DNA of 64,000 bases from Planctomycetota bacterium (lineage in GTDB: Bacteria; Planctomycetota; B15-G4): NCBI GenBank assembly GCA_020638905.1, contig JACKHP010000001.1:282792-346791 (forward strand). Direction: 5' to 3'. Below, piece after piece: positions 10,633-20,066 of this stretch (position 1 is its first letter; every line of letters starts with the position of its first letter). Position numbers and translations under genes: made by a program. The notes beneath the pieces are model-generated. The model had not been told where the DNA came from. It saw only the letters and a list, made by a program, of their open reading frames with translations, and searched no databases.

Positions 10633-12789
10633 ATGGGTCGCATGGGAATGCGTCGCGCTCGGCCGGGGATCGTCGGAGCCGTCGTCGCGCTCGCGCTGGT
10701 CGGGGCGCTGTGGCGCATGCTCGAGTCGTCCGAGGCGCCGGAGCCGGTGACGCTCGCGCCCGCCGCCGAGCCGACCACCGTGCGACCGGACACCGAGCTC
10801 GTCCCGATCCCGACGTCGCGCGGCGAGGTCGCGCTGCCGGCGCCGCTCGACGTCCCCGCAGCCGCGCCCGCCGCCGGCGAGCGCGACGTGCTGCGCGTGG
10901 CGGTGATCGCGGTGGCCGGGGACGGCGTGCCGATCCCCGGCGTCGGCGTCTCGCTCGTCTCGGGGAAGGGACGCCTGCTCGGGCTGCGCTGGCCGGCGTC
11001 GGCGATCGTCGAGGCGCGGCGCGGCGCCGAGCTCGTGTTCGGCGTGTCCGACCCCGGCTGGGGATCGGTCGAGGCTCCCCACGTGGTCGGCAGCCTCGTC
11101 GGGTCGGACGTCGCGCACATCCTCGACGATCCGACGGTGGACGAGGAGCTGGTCGTGCCGCTCGCGCCGTCCGGGGTGACCTTCGGGACGCTCGTCGACT
11201 GCCTCGACCGCCCCGTGGCGAGCACCCAGCTCGTCATGCTCATCCCCGAGGCGCCCTTCGCGGCGAGCGTGACGACCGACCTGCTGGGACGGTTCCCCGC
11301 GCAACTCGACGCGGCGCCGGAGGCGCCCACGGAACAGCTCGCGATCCCGACGGTCGCGAGCGTGATCGGCGCGCCCTCGCTGCGCTCGAATCGCCTCGGG
11401 CGCATCGCGCTGGAGAGCGCCGACCCGCTCGTGCTGCGCGGTGAGTGCCTGCGCGGCGTGCTGCTGCGCGTCCACCCGCCCGAGGCCGACGTGTTCGCGA
11501 CGTACGCCACCCAGTGGCAGCCGGCCGCGGGAGGCTCGCGCGTGGGAACGCGCACGGCGGAAGGCGTGTTCGTCGAGCACCACACGATGGGTGCGTCGAG
11601 GCTGCGCGTCGGCGCCGAGGGCTGGGTGTCTCCGTGGTTCGACGTGCTCGTCGACGAGACGTCCGCGTCCAATCCGATCGACGTCACGCTCGCGCAGCGC
11701 GGGACGTTGCGGGGGCGCGTCGTCGACGCGCGCGGTGCGCCGGTCGTCGGTGCGTGGGTCGGCTTCGACCGGGGCGATCTCGACCGCGGCAACTGGGAGG
11801 TCCAGCGGCGCATCTTCGACCACGACGCGCCGTTGCCGAGACCCTCCTCGGGCTCGGGTGTCGTGGCCACCGACACCCGGGGACGCTTCGCGCTGCCGTT
11901 CGGCCTCGGACGGCTGCTCGTGATGCATCCCGCGTACCGCACCGCGGTGCTCGACGATCTGCGCGAACTCCCCGACCCGATCGCGCTCGTCGAGGGCCCC
12001 GTGCTCGCGGGACGCCTCGTCGGCTACGAGTCGCTCGCAACGCCTGCCCGTGTCTCGATCGAGGGTCCCCCGACCAGCAAGCTGCTCTCCCCGCTCGGCC
12101 GCCACGTGGTGTCCGTGCACGAAGACGGCAGCTTCCGGGCGGGCACGCTGCTGGCCGGCCGCAACCGGCTCCTGGTCGAGGCGCCCGACGGACGCGTCTT
12201 CGCGCGCACCGCCGTCGACGTCGCGCCGTTCGGCACGACGTCGGTCGTCGTCGACGTGCGTCCGCCGCAGCGGCTGCGCGTGTTCATCGCCGACAGCGCC
12301 GAGGCCCTCGACGCGCTCTCGCTGCACGCGCTCGAGTCCGAGCGCCGCACCTCGGTCGAGAGCGGCACCCACGACGGCGACACCTGGTTCGTCGACATCG
12401 ACTGGACCGGCCCGGCCGACGTCTACGGTGAGCGCGGCGACGAGAGCGTGCTGATCGGGACGATCGTCGTCGCCGACGGCGTGCTCGACCACGTGCTCAC
12501 GCTTCCCACCGCCGAAGTCCACGTCGAGGGCGTCCCCATCGCGGCGAGCGGCCAGACCCCGGTCCTGCTCGAGTTGCGGCGCGACACGATCGACGGGCCG
12601 CGCCTCAAGATGCGCTTCGCCGACTCCAGCGGACGGGCGGAGTTGCGCGACATCCCCGCCGGCACCTACTTCGCCGACGTGCGCGGCGCCGGGATGGTCG
12701 ACATCGTGGCCCGCGCCGGACCGATCGAGGTGCCCGCGACGCCGCACGCCATCGTGTCGGCCGTGCTCGTGGCCGTGGACGACGGCTGA
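10633..12789 (+). CDS. Secreted or anchored protein with multiple carboxypeptidase-regulatory-like beta-sandwich repeats
   Basis: 718-aa ORF with an N-terminal anchor (IVGAVVALALVGALW) and repeated G-x-V-x-D/TD-x-x-GRF style modules. Confidence 0.65.
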   Translation: MGRMGMRRARPGIVGAVVALALVGALWRMLESSEAPEPVTLAPAAEPTTVRPDTELVPIPTSRGEVALPAPLDVPAAAPAAGERDVLRVAVIAVAGDGVPIPGVGVSLVSGKGRLLGLRWPASAIVEARRGAELVFGVSDPGWGSVEAPHVVGSLVGSDVAHILDDPTVDEELVVPLAPSGVTFGTLVDCLDRPVASTQLVMLIPEAPFAASVTTDLLGRFPAQLDAAPEAPTEQLAIPTVASVIGAPSLRSNRLGRIALESADPLVLRGECLRGVLLRVHPPEADVFATYATQWQPAAGGSRVGTRTAEGVFVEHHTMGASRLRVGAEGWVSPWFDVLVDETSASNPIDVTLAQRGTLRGRVVDARGAPVVGAWVGFDRGDLDRGNWEVQRRIFDHDAPLPRPSSGSGVVATDTRGRFALPFGLGRLLVMHPAYRTAVLDDLRELPDPIALVEGPVLAGRLVGYESLATPARVSIEGPPTSKLLSPLGRHVVSVHEDGSFRAGTLLAGRNRLLVEAPDGRVFARTAVDVAPFGTTSVVVDVRPPQRLRVFIADSAEALDALSLHALESERRTSVESGTHDGDTWFVDIDWTGPADVYGERGDESVLIGTIVVADGVLDHVLTLPTAEVHVEGVPIAASGQTPVLLELRRDTIDGPRLKMRFADSSGRAELRDIPAGTYFADVRGAGMVDIVARAGPIEVPATPHAIVSAVLVAVDDG

Positions 12790-12800
12790 CGCGCTCCCGC

Positions 12801-14864
12801 TCAGCGCTCGTGGACGAACGTCACGCGCGCCACGCCGTCGCCGGGCTCCGCTTCGAGCCGCAGCTCGTGGCGTCCGGGGCCGGGGGCGGGGAAGGCGTCG
12901 GCGGCGTGCTGCACGAGCAGCTCGACGTGCACGCGCGCGTCCCGCGAGGCGTCCTCGTCGAAGCTCACGCGCAGCTCGAGGGCGTCGTCGGGCTGGCCCG
13001 AGCCGTTGCGCACGAAGCCCTCGAGGCTGGCGCGCGTCGTGCCGTCGAGCTCGGCACAGGGCAGCGCGACGAACTCGCCGCGCGGACGGCGCACGGCGAT
13101 CGTGGCGCGACCGTCGACCGCGATCCGTCCCCCGAGCAGCGGGTACGGGAGATCGAACGGGACGAGCAGCACGCGCGCCGCGCCGGACGCCTCGGCCACC
13201 GGGCCGGACGGACGCGCGACGTCGTACGTCCAGGTGCCGTTGCCCACGCGCGCGGGGGCGCCCTGCACGCCGTCGGAGAAGCGGGCGCCCCTGTCGAGCG
13301 CGCTCCACGTCATGCACTCGCCGGGACGCAGCGTGAACACGAGTTCGCTCGGCGGCAGCGGCCAGACGTCCTGGAGATGGTCGTCGTCGAGGCTGGCGAA
13401 GATCGGACGCAGCACGTCGGGCGCGTAGCGCGGCGCGACCAGTCCCTCGGCGAGCACCGGATTCTCGAGCGTCTCGGGGTGCTCGGCCAGGTCGACCACC
13501 GAGAGCACGCGTCCGTCGTCGCCGCGGTAGAGCACGCCGCCGTCGGGATCGTACATGTGCCAGCCGCCGTCGAAGGCGATCTCGGGCACCACGTGTCCGG
13601 CGAGGGCCCACAGGCGCGCCTCGAGTCCGGCGCGGCGCGCGAGCACCACGAAGGCCTGGGCCACGTCGTCGCACCATCCGTATCCCCACACCTCGAGCAG
13701 CCGCACGGGATCGTGCAGCACGTCGCCGGCGTGGGGCGGGTCGGCGTGCTGCCAGCGCGCGGCGAGGTGCGTCCACAGGCGTTCGGCGGCTTGCGCGGGC
13801 GGCAGGCCGGCCAGGCCGATGGACGCCACGATCGCGTCGACGTCGGGCAGCGGTCCCCGTCCGTCGACGGCGAAGCGGCGCACGACGAGCGGCGCGTCGC
13901 CGGCGTTCGCGAGCGACGTGGCGCGCAGCGCGCCCGCCGCCGCGGGGATCTCGAACGCGCGCTCGCCGTCGGACGCGCGCAGATCGAGCGACGTCGTGAG
14001 CGCGTCCGCATCGGGGTTCGCGTCGGTCGTCCGCGCGCCGCCGGACGATTCGTCACCGCGCGCGCGGGCGTCGTCGAGCTCGGCCACCGTGCGCTCGAGC
14101 AGCGCGAGTTCGAGTCCCAGGCGCGCCGAGACGCGGGCCAGGTCGGCGGGCGAGGCGTCGTCGAGCGCGGTCTCGCCGTCGAGCAGGCGCGCGTCCTCGG
14201 GCGCGAACACGTCGGGACGCGCGCGGCGCAACTCCATCTGCAACTCGCGCAGGCGCGCGAGCTGGCGCTCGAGCAGGGCCGGGTCGAAAGGCGGCTCGAC
14301 GCCGTGCTCGGTCATCGCGCGCACGATGCGTCCCCGGCGCCAGAGCACGAGCTCGTGCAGCGCCTCGTGCAGCTCGGGATACGGCCCGCGCGCGTACTGC
14401 GCCAGGCGCTGGGCGGCGAAGCCGTCGCGGTCGCGCGGCGCCACGAGCAGCGCGAGCGGCACGCCGATCCAGGCCGCCAGGCGCAGGTTCGCGTGGGCGC
14501 GGACGGGCAGCAGCGCGTGCGCGGTGAGCAGCGCGGCGAGGGTGCACAGCGCGGCCAGCGTCCACTCGAGGGCCGGTGGACCCTGGGTCAGCGCGTCGGC
14601 GATGCCGACCACCCAGAGCGCCATCGCCGGCGCGCGCGCCGACGCGAGGTGCACGCGCAGACGACACGCGGCGAGCAGCAGCAGGACGACCTCGAGCGCG
14701 CACGCTCCCGCGAGCAGCGCGGTGAGCAGCGGACGCCAGTCGGTGCCGTGCAGGCCCTCGCCCGCCAGCAGCAGCCCCGCCACCTCGACCGGGACGAGCA
14801 GCAGCGTCGCCAGGGCCACGCGCAGCGGCGCCTCGGCCAGCTCGGCGCCGAACCCGTCCCTCAT
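12801..14864 (-). CDS. Membrane protein with transglutaminase-like cysteine protease core
   Basis: C-terminal 687 aa of ORF 12801..18737, starting [11 protein letters not shown] helices are followed by a Cys-His-Asp core pattern (GYGWCDDVAQAF, AGHVVPEIAF, WHMYDPDGG). Its start overlaps the upstream stop by 4 nt. Confidence 0.7.
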   Translation of the reverse strand: MRDGFGAELAEAPLRVALATLLLVPVEVAGLLLAGEGLHGTDWRPLLTALLAGACALEVVLLLLAACRLRVHLASARAPAMALWVVGIADALTQGPPALEWTLAALCTLAALLTAHALLPVRAHANLRLAAWIGVPLALLVAPRDRDGFAAQRLAQYARGPYPELHEALHELVLWRRGRIVRAMTEHGVEPPFDPALLERQLARLRELQMELRRARPDVFAPEDARLLDGETALDDASPADLARVSARLGLELALLERTVAELDDARARGDESSGGARTTDANPDADALTTSLDLRASDGERAFEIPAAAGALRATSLANAGDAPLVVRRFAVDGRGPLPDVDAIVASIGLAGLPPAQAAERLWTHLAARWQHADPPHAGDVLHDPVRLLEVWGYGWCDDVAQAFVVLARRAGLEARLWALAGHVVPEIAFDGGWHMYDPDGGVLYRGDDGRVLSVVDLAEHPETLENPVLAEGLVAPRYAPDVLRPIFASLDDDHLQDVWPLPPSELVFTLRPGECMTWSALDRGARFSDGVQGAPARVGNGTWTYDVARPSGPVAEASGAARVLLVPFDLPYPLLGGRIAVDGRATIAVRRPRGEFVALPCAELDGTTRASLEGFVRNGSGQPDDALELRVSFDEDASRDARVHVELLVQHAADAFPAPGPGRHELRLEAEPGDGVARVTFVHER

Positions 14865-17800
14865 CGGAGCACCCACACCATCGGATAGTTCTTCTGGATG
14901 ACGCGGTTCGCCTCCTGACGGAACGACTCGTCGTCGAAGCGCCGCAGGCCGGGCAGCATATAGGAGAGCGCGCCGCCGGTCTCGTCCCCGGGCACCTTCC
15001 AGCGCGCGATGAGGTCGAGCAGCACGCGGCGGCTGGCCTCGCTGTCGATCGCCAGGCAGATGTCGGGCAGCATGCTCGCGCTGTCGCGGTTCTGGGCCAG
15101 CTCGCCGAGCAGGTCGAGGTCGTCCTCGCCGAAGCCCCTGCGCAGGGCGCCGAGCAGGTTGCGGCGCGAGAACTCGCGCGTGCGCAGGGTCTGGAACTTG
15201 GGCCCGGGATCGCTCGTCGACCAGGCGTCGAAGCGCCGCACGAGCTCTTCGCGCACGGCGCGCGGCGTGCGCTCCTCGAGCTGGGTCGGCAGGCCGTAGG
15301 CGAGCAGCGCGAGGCGCCGCTCGTCGGACGACCCGACCTCGGGACGGCCGGCGCTCAGGCGTCCGAACTCGGCCAGCAGGCGCGGCGCGAGCAGGTCGAA
15401 GGTCGCGTGCGGCAGGTCGGGCACGATCTCCACCAGCCAGCCGAGCCCGACGTCGGACAGCTCGTCGAAGCGCGCGCGCAGCGTCTCCGCCGCGGGACGG
15501 CTGCCGGCCCAGGCGCGCAGCGCGAGCACGCGCTGGTCGTCGTCCTCGAAGCGGCCGCGGTCGAGGCGTTCGAGGTCGAAGCGCACCGCGCTCACGTCGC
15601 GCTGGTAGATCGAGCGCAGCACGAAGGTGCGCGCGTCGGGCGAGAGGTCCCAGAAGCCCGCCAGCACCTCGCGCACGGCGGACGGGTCGAGCTCGTCGGT
15701 CACGAAGCGCTCGAGCACCTCGGCCGGGACGTCCGACTCGTGCGTGGCCACGAGCGCGCGCAGCAGGTCGGACTCGCGCGCCGTGAGCGCGTCGAGGCGC
15801 GCGCCGAGGGCGTCGACGAGGTCGTCGTCGAAGAGCGGCTCGCGTTCGTCGGGATCGGCGACCACGTCGTAGGCCAGGCGCGTGTCCTTGCGCACGTCGA
15901 CCACGAGCTTCTTCGGTCCCACGCGCACGAGGCGCGCGGCCTCGGTCGAGCTGCCCACCGCCGGAGCGTCGCGCGTCGCCGTCGGGTCGAGTGCCAGCGC
16001 GAGCACGCCCGACGTCCAGCAGCTCGCCTCGGCGTCGGGACGCAGCACGTCGAGCAGCGTGCCGAACAGGTCGAGTCCGCTCACCGGCGTGTCGACCGTG
16101 ATCGGACCGGGCAGGCCCGGCACCCGCATCAGGAACGGCACGCGCACGGCGTACTCGACGCAGCCCTGTCCCGCGAGGTAGCGCTCGTCCTCGCCCAGGG
16201 CGTAGCCGTGGTCGGCGGTCACCACGAGCAGCGTCTCGTCGAGCAGGCCGGCCGCGCGCAGCCCGTCGACGAGCTTGCCGACGCGCGCGTCGACGGCGCG
16301 CACGCCCTCGCGGTACGCGGCGGGCATGTCCTTCGAGCGGCCCACGTGCGCGTCGCTCCAGTGCGCGAAGACCGCGAAGGGACGCTCGTCGTCGGTGCGC
16401 GTCGCGAACGCCAGCGTCTCGTCCTCGAGGCCAGGAGCCTTGCTGTCTTGAGTCCCCGTGAACTCGGCGCCGTAGTGCGGCGGCAAGCGGATGTGCGCGT
16501 ACTTGCGGAAGACGTAGTCGCTGCCCACGTGGAAGGTGCGGAAGCCGCCGTCGCGCAGCGCGCCCATCCACGTGGCGAGCGGCAGGCCGGCGTCGGCGGC
16601 GCCCAGCACGACCTCGATCGGGAAGGACGTCATGAGGCACGGCACCGAGCGTCCCGTGTGGTCGCTGGGCGAGTACGTCGTGGTGAAGCGCACGCTCTGC
16701 TGCGCGAGCGCGTCGAGGTTCGGGGTGATCGAGACACCGTGCTCGCGCAGGCCGAGGTGGTCGTCGCGGAAGGCGTCCATGAGCACGACGATCACGTGGC
16801 GCGTCGCGGCGCGCACGCGCTCGGCCGCCGCACCCGGCGTGGGCACGAATCGGAACGCCGCGGCGTCGGCGCCGGCCAGCAGCGCGGGCGCGGCCTCGGC
16901 CTCGTCGGCGGCGAGCGTGTCGGGCGCGGCCGCGTCGGAGGCGTCCTGCGCGTCGCGCCGCTCGAGGCGCACGTCGCGCAGCTCGACGGCCAGCGGCGTG
17001 CCGGGACGCGCGTCCGTCGCGAACAGCTCGAGCACCGGCGCGCCCGACGACGGCGCGGGACGGTCGCCCTCGAGCAGCGCCAGCCGGTAGCGGCGTCCGT
17101 TCGTGCGCGGGTCGCTGCCGTCGCTGCTCGAGAACCAGAGCGAACCGCCCCAGTGCGAGTACGCGCCCGACCCGTCCTCGCGCACGACCTGATGCAGGGC
17201 GTTGCCGGGACCGAGCGGCGCGCCGTCCTCGAACAGCGTCACCGCGCTGGCCGTCGGATCGAGCTGCGAACTCGCGGACGCGCGCCACGCCTCGGGCAGC
17301 GCCACGGTGTACGCACGTCCCGTCTCGGGCGCCATGCGCGCCGGATCGAGGGTCAGCGCCGCCGGCGGCGCGGGACGGCGCACGTCGACCCAGGGCGTGA
17401 CGACCTCGGCGAACGCATGCCCCGGCGTGACGGGCAGCTCGACCGCACGGAACCCGAGTCCGTCGCCGAGCGCGACGGTGAGCGTCGGCGCGGGAGACGA
17501 AGAGGAGGCGTCGGGCGCGCGGTCGGCGTCGGCGGCGAGGCGCACGTCGAGCACGGCGCGGAAGAGCGCCGGCCGGTCGGCTTCGGCGCCGGCTTCGGCT
17601 TCGGCACCGGCTTCGGCTTCGGCACCGGCTTCGGCTTCGGCACCGGCTTCGGCTTCGGCACCGGCTTCGGCACCGGCACCGGCTTCGGCACCGGCTTCGG
17701 CTTCGGCTTCGGCTTCGGCTTCGGCTTCGGCTTCGGCTTCGGCTTCGGCATCGGCTTCGGGCCCCACGCGCGCCGCACGCAGCAGGCGCGCCCGCGGCGA

Positions 17801-18838
17801 CGCGAACGTCGCGCGCACGACTCCGTTGCCGGACGCCTCGCACGCGACGTCGCTCCCGGGCGCCCAGTCGGCGAGCGGCAGCGCCCTCTCGGACGGACGC
17901 GGGGCGCGCGTGCTCGCGGCGGCCACGTGCTCGTCGCGCGCGTCCCGAGCGCCGGACGCCTCGCTCGGCGCGTCGTCGTCGCGCGGTCCGCGCCCGTCCT
18001 GCGCATCCGCGTGGTCCGCGGCGGGTGCGGCGTGCAACCCGTCGTCGCGTTCGGCGCGCGCGGCGGTCACCACGCTGCGCAGCTTGGGGACGAGTCCGTC
18101 GCTGTAGGCCGAGAGCGCCATGGCGGACGGCGTCGACCACGCGGCCCAGGTCGTCCACAGCGCAGCCAGGCACGCGCCGGCGCAGGCGACCACGAGGCGC
18201 CCGGGCAGCGGACGCGCGCGGCGCAGCAGCAGCGCGCGCGCACAGGTCGTCGCGGCGATCACGGTCCCCGCGCCGAGCAGCAGGTGGAAGGCCGGGTAGT
18301 GCCCGACGAGCACGCGCGTGTCGACCCATCCCGAGAGCCACGCGACGAGGCCGGTCGCGAGCGCCAGCCACACGCCGCGCGCGCGCCACCCGGGGCGCGC
18401 CATGCGTTCGTGGAGCGTCACGAGCACGCGCACCACGGCCAGCGCGGCGGCGTCGAAGGCCAGCTCGAGCAGCAGCACGCCCGGCACGTCGCGGATGAAG
18501 TTGCCCGCGAACAGGCTGCGTCCGGCGAGGGCGACGGCGGGCAGCCAGAGCAGCGTGAAGAGCAGCGCGGCCCGACGTCCCGCGAGGCGCGCGGCGAGCG
18601 ACCAGAGCAGCCCGACGAGCGTGCCGCCCACCGCGGCGACGGCCAGCATGAGCGCGACGAGCAGGGCCAGGCGGGACGGCGCGGCGACGAGTCCACGATC
18701 GGTCAGGCAGGCGATCTCGACCGCGACGAGCACGCACGCGGCCAGCACCGGACGCACGAGCATCTGCGCCAGGCCGGAGGCCTCGCGTGGCGGCAGGGGA
18801 CGTCGCCCGGCGCGCGCCGGGACGTCACGGTTCTGCAT
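14861..18838 (-). CDS. Large multidomain membrane protein: polytopic N-terminus, (Glu-Ala)n linker, sulfatase/alkaline-phosphatase-superfamily domain, helical-repeat C-terminus
   Basis: 1325-aa ORF with TM helices at the N-terminus, the motifs [15 protein letters not shown] and [14 protein letters not shown], and an EA/GA repeat encoded at 17579-17758. Confidence 0.75.
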   Translation of the reverse strand: MQNRDVPARAGRRPLPPREASGLAQMLVRPVLAACVLVAVEIACLTDRGLVAAPSRLALLVALMLAVAAVGGTLVGLLWSLAARLAGRRAALLFTLLWLPAVALAGRSLFAGNFIRDVPGVLLLELAFDAAALAVVRVLVTLHERMARPGWRARGVWLALATGLVAWLSGWVDTRVLVGHYPAFHLLLGAGTVIAATTCARALLLRRARPLPGRLVVACAGACLAALWTTWAAWSTPSAMALSAYSDGLVPKLRSVVTAARAERDDGLHAAPAADHADAQDGRGPRDDDAPSEASGARDARDEHVAAASTRAPRPSERALPLADWAPGSDVACEASGNGVVRATFASPRARLLRAARVGPEADAEAEAEAEAEAEAEAEAEAGAEAGAGAEAGAEAEAGAEAEAGAEAEAGAEAEAGAEADRPALFRAVLDVRLAADADRAPDASSSSPAPTLTVALGDGLGFRAVELPVTPGHAFAEVVTPWVDVRRPAPPAALTLDPARMAPETGRAYTVALPEAWRASASSQLDPTASAVTLFEDGAPLGPGNALHQVVREDGSGAYSHWGGSLWFSSSDGSDPRTNGRRYRLALLEGDRPAPSSGAPVLELFATDARPGTPLAVELRDVRLERRDAQDASDAAAPDTLAADEAEAAPALLAGADAAAFRFVPTPGAAAERVRAATRHVIVVLMDAFRDDHLGLREHGVSITPNLDALAQQSVRFTTTYSPSDHTGRSVPCLMTSFPIEVVLGAADAGLPLATWMGALRDGGFRTFHVGSDYVFRKYAHIRLPPHYGAEFTGTQDSKAPGLEDETLAFATRTDDERPFAVFAHWSDAHVGRSKDMPAAYREGVRAVDARVGKLVDGLRAAGLLDETLLVVTADHGYALGEDERYLAGQGCVEYAVRVPFLMRVPGLPGPITVDTPVSGLDLFGTLLDVLRPDAEASCWTSGVLALALDPTATRDAPAVGSSTEAARLVRVGPKKLVVDVRKDTRLAYDVVADPDEREPLFDDDLVDALGARLDALTARESDLLRALVATHESDVPAEVLERFVTDELDPSAVREVLAGFWDLSPDARTFVLRSIYQRDVSAVRFDLERLDRGRFEDDDQRVLALRAWAGSRPAAETLRARFDELSDVGLGWLVEIVPDLPHATFDLLAPRLLAEFGRLSAGRPEVGSSDERRLALLAYGLPTQLEERTPRAVREELVRRFDAWSTSDPGPKFQTLRTREFSRRNLLGALRRGFGEDDLDLLGELAQNRDSASMLPDICLAIDSEASRRVLLDLIARWKVPGDETGGALSYMLPGLRRFDDESFRQEANRVIQKNYPMVWVLR
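17579..17758. repeat. Hexanucleotide microsatellite, 30 units (GGCTTC with GGCACC/GGCGCC/GGCATC variants)
   Basis: Counted directly. An 18-nt higher-order unit (GGCACC GGCTTC GGCTTC) occupies the 5' half, followed by nine perfect GGCTTC units. It encodes EA/GA/DA dipeptides on the minus strand. Confidence 0.95.
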
Positions 18839-19001
18839 GGCGCAAGACGGGGCCGTTTCCCCGCCCTCCCAGGTCGGGTCGAGGAACAGAGCTTAGGACA
18901 GTCGCGGGCGCGATACGACAGCGATCGGTCGAAGATGCGTGTCGCGCGAGTGTGCTGTGGCGTCGCCGGCGGCGCGTGCCTAACCTGGACGCTCGCGTCG
19001 C

Positions 19002-19526
19002 GTGGGGTGCCCGTCCCATGCGGGCGCGAGTCCCCCGGAGCGGCACACGTTGGGCGCGCGCGTTCCCCGTCCCCTGGTCTGGCTGTTCGCGGCGCTGCTG
19101 CTCGGCTTCGGCGTGTTCGCCGTGATGGCGTTCCGCGCCACGACGCTCGAGCAGGTCGACGCGGCGCTGGCCGCCGAGCGCCTGGCCGACGCGCGCGCCG
19201 AATTCGGGGGCCTGCGTCCGCTGCTCGAGCGCCGGCCCGACGGCAGGCTCGAGCGCGCGCCCGACGCGCCGGCCCACGGCGGCGCCGAGCCCGAGCGCAT
19301 GGTCGTGCTCTTCCACCGCGCGACGGACGGCGAGCTGCTGCGCATCGAGATCCCGTTCTGGTTCCTGCGCGTGAAGGGACCGGCGCTGCGCATGGTGCTG
19401 TCGGGCACCGACTTCGACGTCGAGCAGCTCGGCATCGCGCCGCGCGACCTGGCCGCGTTCGGCGCCTGTCCGCTGCTCGACGAGTCGCGCGCCGACGGCT
19501 CGACGCTGCTCGTCTGGACCGAGTGA
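19002..19526 (+). CDS. Hypothetical membrane-anchored protein
   Basis: 174-aa ORF with one TM helix (LVWLFAALLLGFGVFAVMAF). No family recognised, and the start is uncertain. Confidence 0.45.
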   Translation: MGCPSHAGASPPERHTLGARVPRPLVWLFAALLLGFGVFAVMAFRATTLEQVDAALAAERLADARAEFGGLRPLLERRPDGRLERAPDAPAHGGAEPERMVVLFHRATDGELLRIEIPFWFLRVKGPALRMVLSGTDFDVEQLGIAPRDLAAFGACPLLDESRADGSTLLVWTE

Positions 19527-19548
19527 GCGGCGCGCGCGCCGGCGCGCG

Positions 19549-19908
19549 TCAGCCGTGCACCGGCATCCCGCCGCGGAACATGAAGTAGACCGCGCCGAGC
19601 AGGCACAGTCCCGCCCACAGGAAGTCGAGCGTGAGCTGCGCCTTCATGTAGAAGACCGCGAACGGCACGAAGACCGCGAGCGAGACGACCTCTTGGAGGA
19701 TGCGCAGTTGCGGGACGCTCAGCACCGTGGCGCCGATGCGGTTGGCCGGCACCTGGAGCTGGTACTCGAAGAACGCCACGCCCCAGGCCACGAGCGCGAC
19801 GAGCATGATCGGACGGTCGGCCAGGTCGCGCAGGTGTCCGTACCAGGCGTAGGTCATGAAGAGGTTGCTGCAGCACAGCAGCAGGACGGCGGCGAGCACG
19901 GGCGGCAT
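19549..19908 (-). CDS. DMT-superfamily small membrane protein (DUF486 family)
   Basis: 119 aa. The pattern SNLFMTYAWYGHL...FFEYQLQVPANRIG...QLRILQEV matches my recollection of the DUF486 family. Confidence 0.8.
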   Translation of the reverse strand: MPPVLAAVLLLCCSNLFMTYAWYGHLRDLADRPIMLVALVAWGVAFFEYQLQVPANRIGATVLSVPQLRILQEVVSLAVFVPFAVFYMKAQLTLDFLWAGLCLLGAVYFMFRGGMPVHG

Positions 19909-20066
19909 GGGGGAGATCGCGCGGGGCGGACGTCCAGCACGCTACGTCGCGGCGGTTGGCCGGGGAAGTCGTTCCGTCGTGCGTCGGCGCCGACCATGAT
20001 GGCCGCGCGGCGCCGCACGGCGCGCCCGCGTCCGGGACGTCCGGCGCGCGTCCCCGGGAACCCACG

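Noticed and set aside
7003-13776. Very long minus-strand ORFs (5806..10020 upstream part, 8466..11942, 8702..10501, 10201..13776)
   Set aside because: Their translations are almost pure Arg/Ala/Pro/Ser low-complexity sequence and lie antisense to plus-strand genes that have clear domains. I treat them as GC-bias artefacts.
17353-18006. ORF encoding a (Pro-Lys)n repeat, and the possibility that the hexamer tract is a CRISPR array
   Set aside because: The PK repeat is just another frame of the GGCTTC microsatellite inside the larger in-frame EA-encoding gene. The 6-nt units have no spacers, so this is not a CRISPR array.
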